This document shows, piece by piece, positions 47,419 to 56,947 of a DNA stretch of 64,000 nt; position 1 is the stretch's first letter; every line of letters starts with the position of its first letter. Location of the stretch: positions 7,445 to 71,444 of the forward strand of contig CAZWDB010000003.1 of the NCBI GenBank assembly GCA_964632885.1. Reading direction: 5' to 3'. Position numbers and translations under genes: made by a program. Below the pieces are notes generated by a model. The model worked only from the letters and a program-made list of their open reading frames with translations. It was not told where the DNA came from and ran no database searches. This DNA comes from an uncultured Acidimicrobiales bacterium. GTDB taxonomy: Bacteria; Actinomycetota; Acidimicrobiia; Acidimicrobiales; CAZWDB01.

Positions 47419-49140
47419 ATGGGTGACCAGATCTGGGTTGTCGACAACCAGCCCAGCCAGCGGTATCCGATCTACACCCGCGGCAACGTGGGCGAGGTGT
47501 TCCCGGAGGCGGTCGCGCCACTCTCCTGGACACTCGGCGCCATCCCAGGTGCGGAGCAGGGTTGGCGCGACGCCCTTGCCCGCTATGGAGCGTTCGACCG
47601 CGAGGAGTTTTCCAACGACGAGATCGAGGTGCTCGGGTGCTTCGGCGGTTACGCGTATCTGAACGTGTCGGTGTCGCGCATTTTCGCGGTCCGGACGCCC
47701 GGCCTCACCCCGGAGATGATGGATCGATCCATCTTTGGAGCGAGCGACGCGCCTCCGTACGTGCCCCAGCCGACCGATGAGAGCCCGGCCCACACCGAAC
47801 GGATCATGCAGACGGTCGGTTGGATTCTCACCGCTGAGAGCCTCCCCGAGCTGTTCGACGACCAGCGGACGGTCGAACAGCTCGTCTCCGATCGGCCCGA
47901 CCGTGAGAGCCTGACGAACGAACAACTCCTCGCCCAGGCGAGGGGATACATGGAGCTGTTCCGCCACTTGTTCGCCCAACACATCTTCATCACCTACTGC
48001 TCGACGGTCCCCGTCGGGATGCTCCAGGGCATCTGCGACGCCATCGGGCAGCCGGAGCTCACGATGAAGCTCGTCGCGGGGATCGGAGGCGTCGACTCGG
48101 CCGCTCCATCCTGGGCCCTCTGGGAGCTGGGGCGCGATGCCGCCCGGAGCAAGAGCGTCACCAAGGAGTTCGACGCCGGCGTGTCCGGCATCATCGAACG
48201 ACTCCGACGGTCAGACGACGGCAGCGCGTTCCTTGCCAAGTTCGACGACTTCCTGACGGAGTACGGGTCGCGAGGACCCAACGAGTGGGAGATGCGCGCG
48301 CCGACATGGGGGACCCACCCCGAACTCGCGTTGCAGGCCGTTGACCGCATGCGCTTTGCGCCAGAGGCACACGACCCCGAGCGGCACCGGGCCGAGCGCC
48401 GCGCGGAGCGGGAGGCGGCGACCAAGGCGGTCGCCGACGCGCTCGAGGCCGACAAGGAGGTACAGGGCCAGTTCCTTGCGGCGGTCCGCGCCGCGGGCAT
48501 CTTCCTCGCCGGCCGAGAGCGGACGAAGACCACGATCATCAAGGCTGTCCATGAAGCACGACTGATGTTCCACCAGATCGGCACCCGCATGGTCGCCGCC
48601 GGCCACTTCGACGATCCACTCGACTTCGGGATGCTCACCGATGTCGAATACGACGACTTCCTGGCCGACCCCGCGAAGTTCTCCACCACCATCCGCGAAC
48701 GCGCTGCACTCTTCGCGAAGCTGCAGCGGCTCGAGCCGCCGTTCATCGTCAACGGTGTCGTGCCGCCGCTGGAGACTTGGAACGAGCGCGGTGCTGCGGT
48801 GGTCGATCAGGTCGGCAGCGGCGCCAGCCTCCCCGGCATCGCGGGGTGTCCGGGCATCTACACGGGCAGGGCGCGTGTGATCTTGCGTCCCGACGACCCG
48901 ACCGCCCTCGAGCCGGGCGACGTTCTGATCGCACCGATCACCGACCCTGCATGGACACCGTTGTTCGTGACCGCAGGGGCGGTCGTCGTCGACGTCGGCG
49001 CCCAGATCAGTCACGCGGTGATCGTCTCGAGAGAACTCGGGATCCCGTGCGTGGTCTCGGTCACCGACGCGACCCGCCGCATCCCCGACGGCGCGACCAT
49101 CACCGTTGACGGCAACACCGGCACTGTGACGGTGGAGTGA
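47419..49140 (+). CDS. PEP-utilizing (swivel phospho-His) domain protein, Rph-like without ATP-grasp domain
   Basis: TDPAWTPLF...SHAVIVSRELGIP. Confidence 0.85.
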   Translation: MGDQIWVVDNQPSQRYPIYTRGNVGEVFPEAVAPLSWTLGAIPGAEQGWRDALARYGAFDREEFSNDEIEVLGCFGGYAYLNVSVSRIFAVRTPGLTPEMMDRSIFGASDAPPYVPQPTDESPAHTERIMQTVGWILTAESLPELFDDQRTVEQLVSDRPDRESLTNEQLLAQARGYMELFRHLFAQHIFITYCSTVPVGMLQGICDAIGQPELTMKLVAGIGGVDSAAPSWALWELGRDAARSKSVTKEFDAGVSGIIERLRRSDDGSAFLAKFDDFLTEYGSRGPNEWEMRAPTWGTHPELALQAVDRMRFAPEAHDPERHRAERRAEREAATKAVADALEADKEVQGQFLAAVRAAGIFLAGRERTKTTIIKAVHEARLMFHQIGTRMVAAGHFDDPLDFGMLTDVEYDDFLADPAKFSTTIRERAALFAKLQRLEPPFIVNGVVPPLETWNERGAAVVDQVGSGASLPGIAGCPGIYTGRARVILRPDDPTALEPGDVLIAPITDPAWTPLFVTAGAVVVDVGAQISHAVIVSRELGIPCVVSVTDATRRIPDGATITVDGNTGTVTVE

Positions 49141-49144
49141 GCCG

Positions 49145-49372
49145 CTAGCCCTTAGGTTCGCCGTAGGGCTCGGCTGCTTCGTCGTAGCAGTCGGCGTGGA
49201 AGTGCTCAACGCGATTCCAGACGCCGTCCTCGTAGACGTTGCAAATCACCTGCCGAAGTTGAGCGCGCGCTACGAACTTCACCTGCGCGCCACAGTGGGC
49301 ACAGATGGCAGAGTTGCCGGCTTCGACCGTACGTATCACCGCTCGGCTATGGATCATCTGCTGACTTGCCAC
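49145..49372 (-). CDS. Small zinc-finger-like protein
   Basis: CAHC...HFHADC. Confidence 0.65.
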   Translation of the reverse strand: MASQQMIHSRAVIRTVEAGNSAICAHCGAQVKFVARAQLRQVICNVYEDGVWNRVEHFHADCYDEAAEPYGEPKG

Positions 49373-49531
49373 GATTTGTATATCGGCAGGAACCCGGCCT
49401 CATATGAGTCCTTCTGCCCGTGAATGGCCCGGCTTGACGCCTGGGTTAACACCGTGTGATGGTGGCGGAGCGTCCGGGGACCGGGTGTGTCCGCCGTGCA
49501 CCTGGCCCCGGGCGCACCTCGATACGCGGTG

Positions 49532-51211
49532 TCACCCGCGGACCAGTGGCCTGTACTGGATACGATGCGGCTGGTCGGCCTCGGCGCCGAGCCGTTTGCG
49601 ACGGTCGGCTTCGTAGTCGGTGAAGTTGCCTTCGAACCACCTGACTTCGGAGTCGCCCTCGAACGACAGCACATGGGTCGCGATGCGATCGAGGAACCAT
49701 CGATCGTGGCTGATGACGACGGCGCATCCGGGGAAGGCGACGAGCGCTTCCTCGAGTGCGCGCAGCGTGTCGACGTCGAGGTCGTTGGTCGGCTCGTCGA
49801 GCAGGAGAACGTTCCCGCCCGACTTGAGGACCTTCGCCAAGTGAACCCGGTTGCGCTCACCGCCGGAGAGGTCACCGACCTTTTTCTGTTGGTCGGAGCC
49901 CTTGAAGTTGAAGCCGGCAACGTAGGCGCGTCCATGAATCTCGCGTGTGCCTACCTTCATGTGCTCGATGCCGTCGGTGATCTCTTCGTAGACCGTCTTG
50001 CCGGCATCGAGCACGTCCCGACTCTGGCCGACGTAGGCGAGCTCGACGGTAGGGCCGACCCTTAGCGTCCCACTGTCGGGCTCCTCGGATCCCGTGATCA
50101 TGCGGAACAACGTCGTCTTCCCCGCTCCGTTCGGGCCGATGACGCCGACGATGCCACCCGGCGGAAGCAGGAACGTGAGATCCTCCATCAGAAGCCGGTC
50201 GCCGTAGCCCTTGGTGACCGAGTGCGCCTCGATGACCACGTCACCCAGTCGGGGGCCGGCCGGTATCGCGAGCTCCAGTTTCTCGGGGCGGGCGTCGGCT
50301 GCGTCCGCCTCGGCGACCAGGGACTCATAGGCCGTTATTCGCGCCTTTCCCTTCGCCTGGCGGGCGCGGGGCGCCATTCGAATCCACTCCAACTCACGGG
50401 CGAGGGTGCGCTGGCGGGCCGAGTCGGACTTCTCTTGCTTCGCCAACCGGTCCTGCTTCTGTTCCAGCCAGCCGGAGTAGTTGCCCTTGAAGGGAATGCC
50501 CGCGCCGCGGTCTAGCTCGAGTATCCACTCGGCGACGTTGTCGAGGAAGTAGCGGTCGTGGGTGACCGCGACGACGGTGCCGCTGTACTCCTGCAAGGTG
50601 CGCTCGAGCCATGCGACCGACTCGGCGTCAAGATGGTTCGTCGGCTCGTCGAGGAGCAGCAAATCCGGGTGCTGGAGCAGCAGGCGGCAGAGGGCGACGC
50701 GCCGGCGTTCACCCCCGGAGAGCGTGTTCACCGCCGCGTCGCCCGGGGGAAGCCGCAGCGCGTCCATGGCGATCTCCAATGTGCGCTCCAGATCCCACCC
50801 TTCGGCAGCGTCGATCTTGTCCTGCAGCGCGGCCTGCTCGGCGAGCAGCTTGTCGAAGTCGGCGTCGGGATCGCCGAGCGCCTCGCACACCTCGTTGAAC
50901 CGGTCGATTAGATCCTTTGTCCCGCGGACACCATCCTCCACGTTTCCGAGAACGTCCTTGGTCTCATCCAGCGCGGGCTCCTGCGACAGGTATCCGACGG
51001 TGTACCCGGGTGTAAGACGGGCTTCTCCGGTGTAGCCGTCGTCTTCGCCCGCCATGATCCGCAGCAGCGAGGACTTCCCCGATCCGTTGGCTCCGATGAC
51101 GCCGATCTTGGCGCCTGGGAACATCGAGATATTGATGCCCTTCAGGACTTCACGGTCGGGCGGATGGAACCGCTTCAGGTCCCGCATCGTGAAGATGAAC
51201 TCGGCCGGCAT
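49532..51211 (-). CDS. ettA: ABC-F energy-dependent translational throttle protein
   Basis: Two ABC domains; ELEWIRMAPRARQAKGKAR linker. Confidence 0.93.
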   Translation of the reverse strand: MPAEFIFTMRDLKRFHPPDREVLKGINISMFPGAKIGVIGANGSGKSSLLRIMAGEDDGYTGEARLTPGYTVGYLSQEPALDETKDVLGNVEDGVRGTKDLIDRFNEVCEALGDPDADFDKLLAEQAALQDKIDAAEGWDLERTLEIAMDALRLPPGDAAVNTLSGGERRRVALCRLLLQHPDLLLLDEPTNHLDAESVAWLERTLQEYSGTVVAVTHDRYFLDNVAEWILELDRGAGIPFKGNYSGWLEQKQDRLAKQEKSDSARQRTLARELEWIRMAPRARQAKGKARITAYESLVAEADAADARPEKLELAIPAGPRLGDVVIEAHSVTKGYGDRLLMEDLTFLLPPGGIVGVIGPNGAGKTTLFRMITGSEEPDSGTLRVGPTVELAYVGQSRDVLDAGKTVYEEITDGIEHMKVGTREIHGRAYVAGFNFKGSDQQKKVGDLSGGERNRVHLAKVLKSGGNVLLLDEPTNDLDVDTLRALEEALVAFPGCAVVISHDRWFLDRIATHVLSFEGDSEVRWFEGNFTDYEADRRKRLGAEADQPHRIQYRPLVRG

Positions 51212-51275
51212 GCTCCCGAACCTACAGGCGAAGCGCCGGTGCCGGATCCGGGTGGTGGGTAGCATCGGGACCGCG

Positions 51276-54200
51276 ATGCCAGACGAGCCTTCCTCCTCGG
51301 CGTTCGGACCCAATACCTGGCTCGTCGAGGAGATGTATGAGCAGTACCGTGACGACCCGTCCTCGGTGAGCGAGAGTTGGCGCGAGTTCTTCGCCGACTA
51401 CCCCGAGGGACCCAACGGCGAGCCGGCCGCGCCCACCCAACCGCCTGTTCAGGAGGCTCAGGCCCCGCCGCAGCCCCCTCAGGAGGCCAAGGCGGCCCCC
51501 AAGAAGGCGGAGCCGAAGAAGGAGCCGGGGGCGGCGGAAGGGGCAGAGCCGCTGCGCGGCGCGGCCGCTCGTGTCGTGGCCAACATGACCGAAAGCCTGG
51601 GCGTTCCGACCGCTACGAGCGTCCGCCCGGTGCCGGCCAAGCTCCTCGAAGTCAACCGCCGCATCATGAACAACCACCTCGAGCGCACGCGGGGTGGGAA
51701 GGTCTCCTTCACCCACCTCATCGGCTTCGCCGTCGTGTCGGCGCTCAAGGCCGTCCCCGCCCTCAACAACAGCTATGAGGAAGTCGGGGGCAAACCGTTC
51801 ATACGGCGCAACGACCGCGTCGGCCTCGGGCTCGCCGTCGACCTCGAGCGCTCTGACGGGTCCCGCACCCTCCTCGTTCCGTGCATCAAAGGCGCCGACA
51901 CGCTCGAGTTCAGGGGCTTCTGGAGCGCGTACGAGGAGCTGATCCGCAAGGTCCGGACCAACAAGATCGCGCCCGACGACTTCTCGGGCACGACCGTCAC
52001 GCTCACCAACCCGGGGACGATCGGCACGGTCTCGTCCGTGCCCCGCCTCATGGCAGGGCAGGGCGCCATCATTGGCGTGGGGGCGATCGACTACCCGGTC
52101 GAGTACCAGGGCGCGGACCCCCGGGCGCTTGCCGAGCTGGGCGTGAGCAAGGTCATCACGCTGACGTCCACCTATGACCACAGGATCATTCAGGGCGCGG
52201 AGTCGGGGATGTTCCTTGCCAGGGTGCAGGAACTGCTCGTGGGAGCCGACGGCTTCTACGACGGCATCTTCCGGTCGATGGGCATCCCGTATGAGCCGGT
52301 GCGCTGGCGCCGCGACGTGAACCCTGTCGACCAGGAGCGCTCCCGCCTGGAGAAGCAGGTCGCGGTGCAGACGCTCATCAACATCTACCGCGTCCGTGGC
52401 CACCTCATCGCCCACCTCGATCCGCTCGCCGCGAAAGAGCCGCGCACCCACGCCGAGCTCGATCCGGCCACCTACGGCCTCACGATCTGGGACCTCGATC
52501 GCGAGTTCTTCTGTGAAGGGCTCGCGGGACGTCACCTGCTCACGCTGGGAGAAATCCTCGGCGTGCTTCGCGATGCCTATTGCCGCACGATCGGCGTCGA
52601 GTACATGCACATCCAGGAACCGGACCAGAAGCGCTGGATCCAGAACCATGTCGAAGGCGCCGGCGCTGCCATCTCGACCGAGGAGCAACGCCACATACTG
52701 GGGCGGCTTAACGCGGCGGAGGCGTTCGAGCGGTTCCTGCACACGAAGTACGTGGGGCAGAAGCGCTTTGGGCTGGAAGGGGCGGAGAGCGCGATACCAC
52801 TGATCGACGCCATCCTCGATGCGGCCGGCCTCGCCGGGAACGGCGAAGTGGTGATGGGCGCGAGCCACCGGGGTCGACTGAACATCCTGGCCAACATCGT
52901 CGGAAAGTCCTACAAGGAGCTGTTCCGCGAGTTCGAGGGCGACCTCGATCCTGAGTCCGTGCAAGGCCAGGGCGATGTCAAGTACCACAAGGGTGCGACC
53001 GGCAAGTTCACCGGCCTATCGGGTCAAGAAGTCCTGGTCACGCTCGCATCCAACCCGTCCCACCTCGAGGCCGTCGACCCGGTGGTGGAGGGGATGGCCC
53101 GCGCCCGTCAGGACCTCCTTGACCGCGGTGAAGAGTTCCCGGTTCTGCCGTTCCTAGTGCACGGCGACGCCGCCTTCGCGGGACAGGGCGTGGTCGCCGA
53201 AACGCTGAACCTCTCCGGGCTGCGCGGCTACCGGACCGGGGGCACGGTCCACCTCGTCATCAACAACCAACTCGGCTACACGACCGCACCCGAGGCGGCC
53301 CGCTCGTCGGTGTATGCGACCGACGTGGCCAAGATGGTGCAGGCGCCGATCTTCCATGTGAACGGTGACGACCCCGAAGCGTGTGTTCGTGTCGCGCGGC
53401 TGGCGGTGGCGTTCCGGCAGGCGTTCAAGAAGGACGTCGTGATCGACATGGTGTGCTACCGCCGTCACGGTCACAACGAGGGCGACGACCCGAGCTACAC
53501 CCAGCCGATCATGTATCAGCGCATCGATGCGCGGCGCTCGGTGAGGAAGCTGTTCACCGAAGCGCTCGTGAACCGGGGCGACATCAATCTCGAGCAGGCC
53601 GAGCAGGCGCTCGACGACTTCTCGGCACGCCTCCAAGAAGCTCTCGACGAGACCCGCTCGACCGCGCCGCCGCGGCCGATGGGGCTACCGGCGGTTCCCG
53701 CGTTGCCGCCCGTGCCCGAGTCGCCCCCTACGGGCGTAGAGCGGGCGACGCTCGACCACATCGCGTCGCTGCTGCACGACGTGCCCGAGGATCTGACGCT
53801 GCACCCGAAGCTCGCCCGCCAGATGGAGGCGCGAGCGAAGGTCTACTCGGGTGGGGAGGTCGACTGGTCTCTGGGTGAGGCGCTCGCGTTCGGGTCCCTG
53901 CTGATGGAGGGGGCCGACGTCAGGCTCGCCGGCCAGGACACGCGCCGGGGGACGTTCTCCCAGAGGCATGCCGTCTACGTCGACTACAAGACCGAGCGGG
54001 AGTACCTCCCGCTCCACCATCTCCGCGAGGCCCAGGGTCGGTTCTTCATCTACGACTCCTTGCTGTCCGAGTACGCCGCCCTCGGCTTCGAGTACGGCTA
54101 CTCGGTCCTGCACAAGGACGCGCTGGTCGCGTGGGAGGCCCAGTTCGGCGACTTCGGCAACGGGGGCCAGGTCATCATCGATCAGTTCCTCGTTGCCGCC

Positions 54201-54890
54201 GAGGACAAGTGGCAGCAGACCTCAGGGCTCGTGCTGCTTCTACCCCACGGCTACGAAGGACAAGGGCCCGAGCACTCGTCGGCTCGACTCGAGCGGTTCC
54301 TCACCCTCTGCGCCGAGAACAACCTGCAGGTCGTCAACTGTACGACCGCCGCGCAGTACTTCCACCTGCTTCGCCGCCAGGTGCGCCGGCCGGTGCGGAA
54401 GCCACTCGTCACGATGACGCCGAAGTCGCTGCTCCGGGCCCGCAACGCCCGCTCGACGATCGATGAACTGGTCGACGGACGCTTCCGTGAAGTGCTCGAC
54501 GATCCCCACCAGACTGATCCGTCGACGGTGGACCGGATTGTGCTGGCGTCGGGCAAAGTCGCCTTTGACGCCATGCGATTTCGAGACGAGAACGAGCGTC
54601 CGGTGGCGGTCGTGCGAGTCGAGCAGCTCTATCCGTATCCCGAGGACCAGATCCGCGCCGTCATCGCTCGCTACTCCGCGGCACGCGAGGTCGTGTGGCT
54701 CCAGGAAGAGCCCGAGAACATGGGCGCGTGGTCGTTCATGCACAGCCGCCTCCACCGCATCCTGCGCGACGACTATGAGCTGTACCACGTGAGCAGGACA
54801 GAGTCGGGGAGTCCCGCCACCGGGAGCGGCGCGATGCACCAACTCGAACAGGAAGACCTGCTCCGCCGCGCCGTCCTCCCTCGAACTTGA
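51276..54890 (+). CDS. kgd: Multifunctional 2-oxoglutarate decarboxylase/dehydrogenase
   Basis: FGPNTWLVEEMY, E2-like TYDHRIIQG, HGDAAF, GQGPEHSS. Confidence 0.95.
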   Translation: MPDEPSSSAFGPNTWLVEEMYEQYRDDPSSVSESWREFFADYPEGPNGEPAAPTQPPVQEAQAPPQPPQEAKAAPKKAEPKKEPGAAEGAEPLRGAAARVVANMTESLGVPTATSVRPVPAKLLEVNRRIMNNHLERTRGGKVSFTHLIGFAVVSALKAVPALNNSYEEVGGKPFIRRNDRVGLGLAVDLERSDGSRTLLVPCIKGADTLEFRGFWSAYEELIRKVRTNKIAPDDFSGTTVTLTNPGTIGTVSSVPRLMAGQGAIIGVGAIDYPVEYQGADPRALAELGVSKVITLTSTYDHRIIQGAESGMFLARVQELLVGADGFYDGIFRSMGIPYEPVRWRRDVNPVDQERSRLEKQVAVQTLINIYRVRGHLIAHLDPLAAKEPRTHAELDPATYGLTIWDLDREFFCEGLAGRHLLTLGEILGVLRDAYCRTIGVEYMHIQEPDQKRWIQNHVEGAGAAISTEEQRHILGRLNAAEAFERFLHTKYVGQKRFGLEGAESAIPLIDAILDAAGLAGNGEVVMGASHRGRLNILANIVGKSYKELFREFEGDLDPESVQGQGDVKYHKGATGKFTGLSGQEVLVTLASNPSHLEAVDPVVEGMARARQDLLDRGEEFPVLPFLVHGDAAFAGQGVVAETLNLSGLRGYRTGGTVHLVINNQLGYTTAPEAARSSVYATDVAKMVQAPIFHVNGDDPEACVRVARLAVAFRQAFKKDVVIDMVCYRRHGHNEGDDPSYTQPIMYQRIDARRSVRKLFTEALVNRGDINLEQAEQALDDFSARLQEALDETRSTAPPRPMGLPAVPALPPVPESPPTGVERATLDHIASLLHDVPEDLTLHPKLARQMEARAKVYSGGEVDWSLGEALAFGSLLMEGADVRLAGQDTRRGTFSQRHAVYVDYKTEREYLPLHHLREAQGRFFIYDSLLSEYAALGFEYGYSVLHKDALVAWEAQFGDFGNGGQVIIDQFLVAAEDKWQQTSGLVLLLPHGYEGQGPEHSSARLERFLTLCAENNLQVVNCTTAAQYFHLLRRQVRRPVRKPLVTMTPKSLLRARNARSTIDELVDGRFREVLDDPHQTDPSTVDRIVLASGKVAFDAMRFRDENERPVAVVRVEQLYPYPEDQIRAVIARYSAAREVVWLQEEPENMGAWSFMHSRLHRILRDDYELYHVSRTESGSPATGSGAMHQLEQEDLLRRAVLPRT

Positions 54891-54932
54891 GGCAATAACG
54901 ATCGGAAACCGATCGTTATTGCCTCAAGTTCG
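54882..54932. repeat. 51-bp palindromic element, copy 3 (supplies both convergent stops)
   Basis: kgd TGA at 54888-90 and HAD TGA at 54924-26 lie in the arms. Confidence 0.9.
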
Positions 54933-55547
54933 GAGCGGGAAGCCGACGACGGACTCGAGTTCGGCGATGGCGGCGTCGGCGTCGGTCACCTTGATGGTGG
55001 TCATCCCCATCTGGCGCGCCGGCTTCAGGTTCACACCGAGGTCGTCGAGGAACACGGCCTCGGCCGGCTCGATCTCGAGCACCTCGCAAGCGTGCTCATA
55101 GAAGCGGGGATCGGGCTTGCGGACCCCGACCCGGCTCGACTCGATCACCGCGTCGACCCATTCGCCCATCGCTCCCATGCGACCGCCTCCGGATCCGCCG
55201 CGCACGAAGTTGTTCGTGAGAATCGCGGTCTTCAGCCGCTCGCTGCACCGTCGGATCGCCTCGACCATCGCGGGGCGGACGTCGCCTCCCAGCAGAGCCA
55301 TCACCTCGCGCGCGTCTAGTTCTACACCGGCGGCCCGTGCTTCGCCCTCGTACAGTTCACAGAACTCCTCAAAGGTCACTTCGCTGCGCTCGAGCCTCGC
55401 CCACGCGTTGGTGTCGGCATTCGTCGAGTTGAGGCGCCGGATGAGTCCCTCGGGAAGACCGTGCTCGCGCTCGTAGCGGGCGAAGGCCTCGAATGGGCTG
55501 GTGGATACCACACCTCCGAAGTCGAAGAGCGCCGCCGAGATCGTCAT
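54924..55547 (-). CDS. HAD-family phosphatase
   Basis: LFDFGGV, TNN, KPDP, FLDD. Confidence 0.9.
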   Translation of the reverse strand: MTISAALFDFGGVVSTSPFEAFARYEREHGLPEGLIRRLNSTNADTNAWARLERSEVTFEEFCELYEGEARAAGVELDAREVMALLGGDVRPAMVEAIRRCSERLKTAILTNNFVRGGSGGGRMGAMGEWVDAVIESSRVGVRKPDPRFYEHACEVLEIEPAEAVFLDDLGVNLKPARQMGMTTIKVTDADAAIAELESVVGFPLRT

Positions 55548-56884
55548 GAGAGGAAGTCGGTGGCGAGCGCAGTCCACAGGTCGGTCGAGAGCCGGAGCGA
55601 CTCCTGGTCGATGCGCTCGTTGTCGCCATGGAACATCTGGGCGAGCTCGTCGATGGGGATGCGTCCGCTCATCAGTCCGAAGCCATAGGCCGTCGCACCC
55701 TTGCGGCGGAAGAACCGGGCGTCGGTAGCGCCGGCCATCAGAGTGGGCACGACGGTGATGTCCGGCCGTAGGCGGCGGGCCACATCGGCCATCGCGTCCC
55801 ACAGCGGCGTGTCGGTCTCGGACTCGGTCGCGGGACTGAAGCACCCACTCACCTCGACGTCGACGGAGTCGCGGTGCTCGCCGATCAAGTCGTCGATGAT
55901 GGCGAGCACCTCGTCACTCGACTGCCCGGGAAGGGTGCGGATGTCGAGCTCCACCTCGACCACGTCGGGAATGATGTTCGTCTTGGTGCCGCCCCGCACC
56001 ACCGTGGGTGCGATCGTGAGGTGGGTGCAGGCGTGAGCCTGGCGGGCGAGATTGAGGCCGGGCAGCCCTTCACACGCCTCCCAGAGGCGGTCGGGGTCGG
56101 TGAGGGCAGCCGCGAGGTCGGGTTCGAAATCCATCGCCTCAACGTTCCGCCTCCACACCTCGCCGATGCGGGTCTCGGGACGGTAGGCGGCTATGCGTTG
56201 GACGATGTCGGCGGCTTTCACGAGGGCGTTGTCGGTGCGGAACGGGCGAGACGCATGGCTGGGGCTGCCCTTGACCCGGAGCTTGCACCAGTGCGTCCCC
56301 TTCTCGGCGGCCGCCGCCGAGACCTTGGGGCCGCTGGGCGACGGGAGCACCGCCCCGCCGCCCTCGGTTATGACGTAGTCGGTGGCAACTGCGTCTGGCT
56401 CGTGCTCGGTGAGCCACTCGGCACCCCACGTGCCCAGCGCTTCCTCGTCGGCGACGGCGAGATAGACGAGCGTGCCGCGGGGCCGGAAGCCCGACTCGGC
56501 GAGGTCGCGGACTGCGGTTGCCATCGAGGAGGTGAGATTCAGCATGTCAGTGGCGCCGCGGCCCCACACCTCGCCGTCGACGAGCTCCGCCCCGAAGGGG
56601 TCACGTCGCCAGTTGTCGGGCGTCACCGGCACCACATCGGTGTGGCCCATGAGCATGAGGCTGGGCGCGGTGGGGTCAGAGCCCTCGATCCGCGCTACCA
56701 CCGACGCGCGGCCCGGAGACGGCTCGAACCGCTCTACGTCGAGCCCAGCACCCTCGAGGTATGAGGTGAGGAGATCGGCGCTCCGTGTCTCTCGACCGGA
56801 GTCGACGCTGCCGTCGTTCACACACTCGTTGCGGATCAACTGCTGGAGCAGTTCGGTGACTTCGCCGGTGCGGTCCTTGTCCAC
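55544..56884 (-). CDS. M20/M25/M40 metallopeptidase
   Basis: GHTDVV, GRGATD, ADEE, HGDNE. Confidence 0.9.
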   Translation of the reverse strand: MDKDRTGEVTELLQQLIRNECVNDGSVDSGRETRSADLLTSYLEGAGLDVERFEPSPGRASVVARIEGSDPTAPSLMLMGHTDVVPVTPDNWRRDPFGAELVDGEVWGRGATDMLNLTSSMATAVRDLAESGFRPRGTLVYLAVADEEALGTWGAEWLTEHEPDAVATDYVITEGGGAVLPSPSGPKVSAAAAEKGTHWCKLRVKGSPSHASRPFRTDNALVKAADIVQRIAAYRPETRIGEVWRRNVEAMDFEPDLAAALTDPDRLWEACEGLPGLNLARQAHACTHLTIAPTVVRGGTKTNIIPDVVEVELDIRTLPGQSSDEVLAIIDDLIGEHRDSVDVEVSGCFSPATESETDTPLWDAMADVARRLRPDITVVPTLMAGATDARFFRRKGATAYGFGLMSGRIPIDELAQMFHGDNERIDQESLRLSTDLWTALATDFLS

Positions 56885-56947
56885 GGTCGGAGCGTACAGG
56901 CTTGGGTTCGCGGTGCTGGGCGGGCCAGATGCTTGACTACAGGTGTA

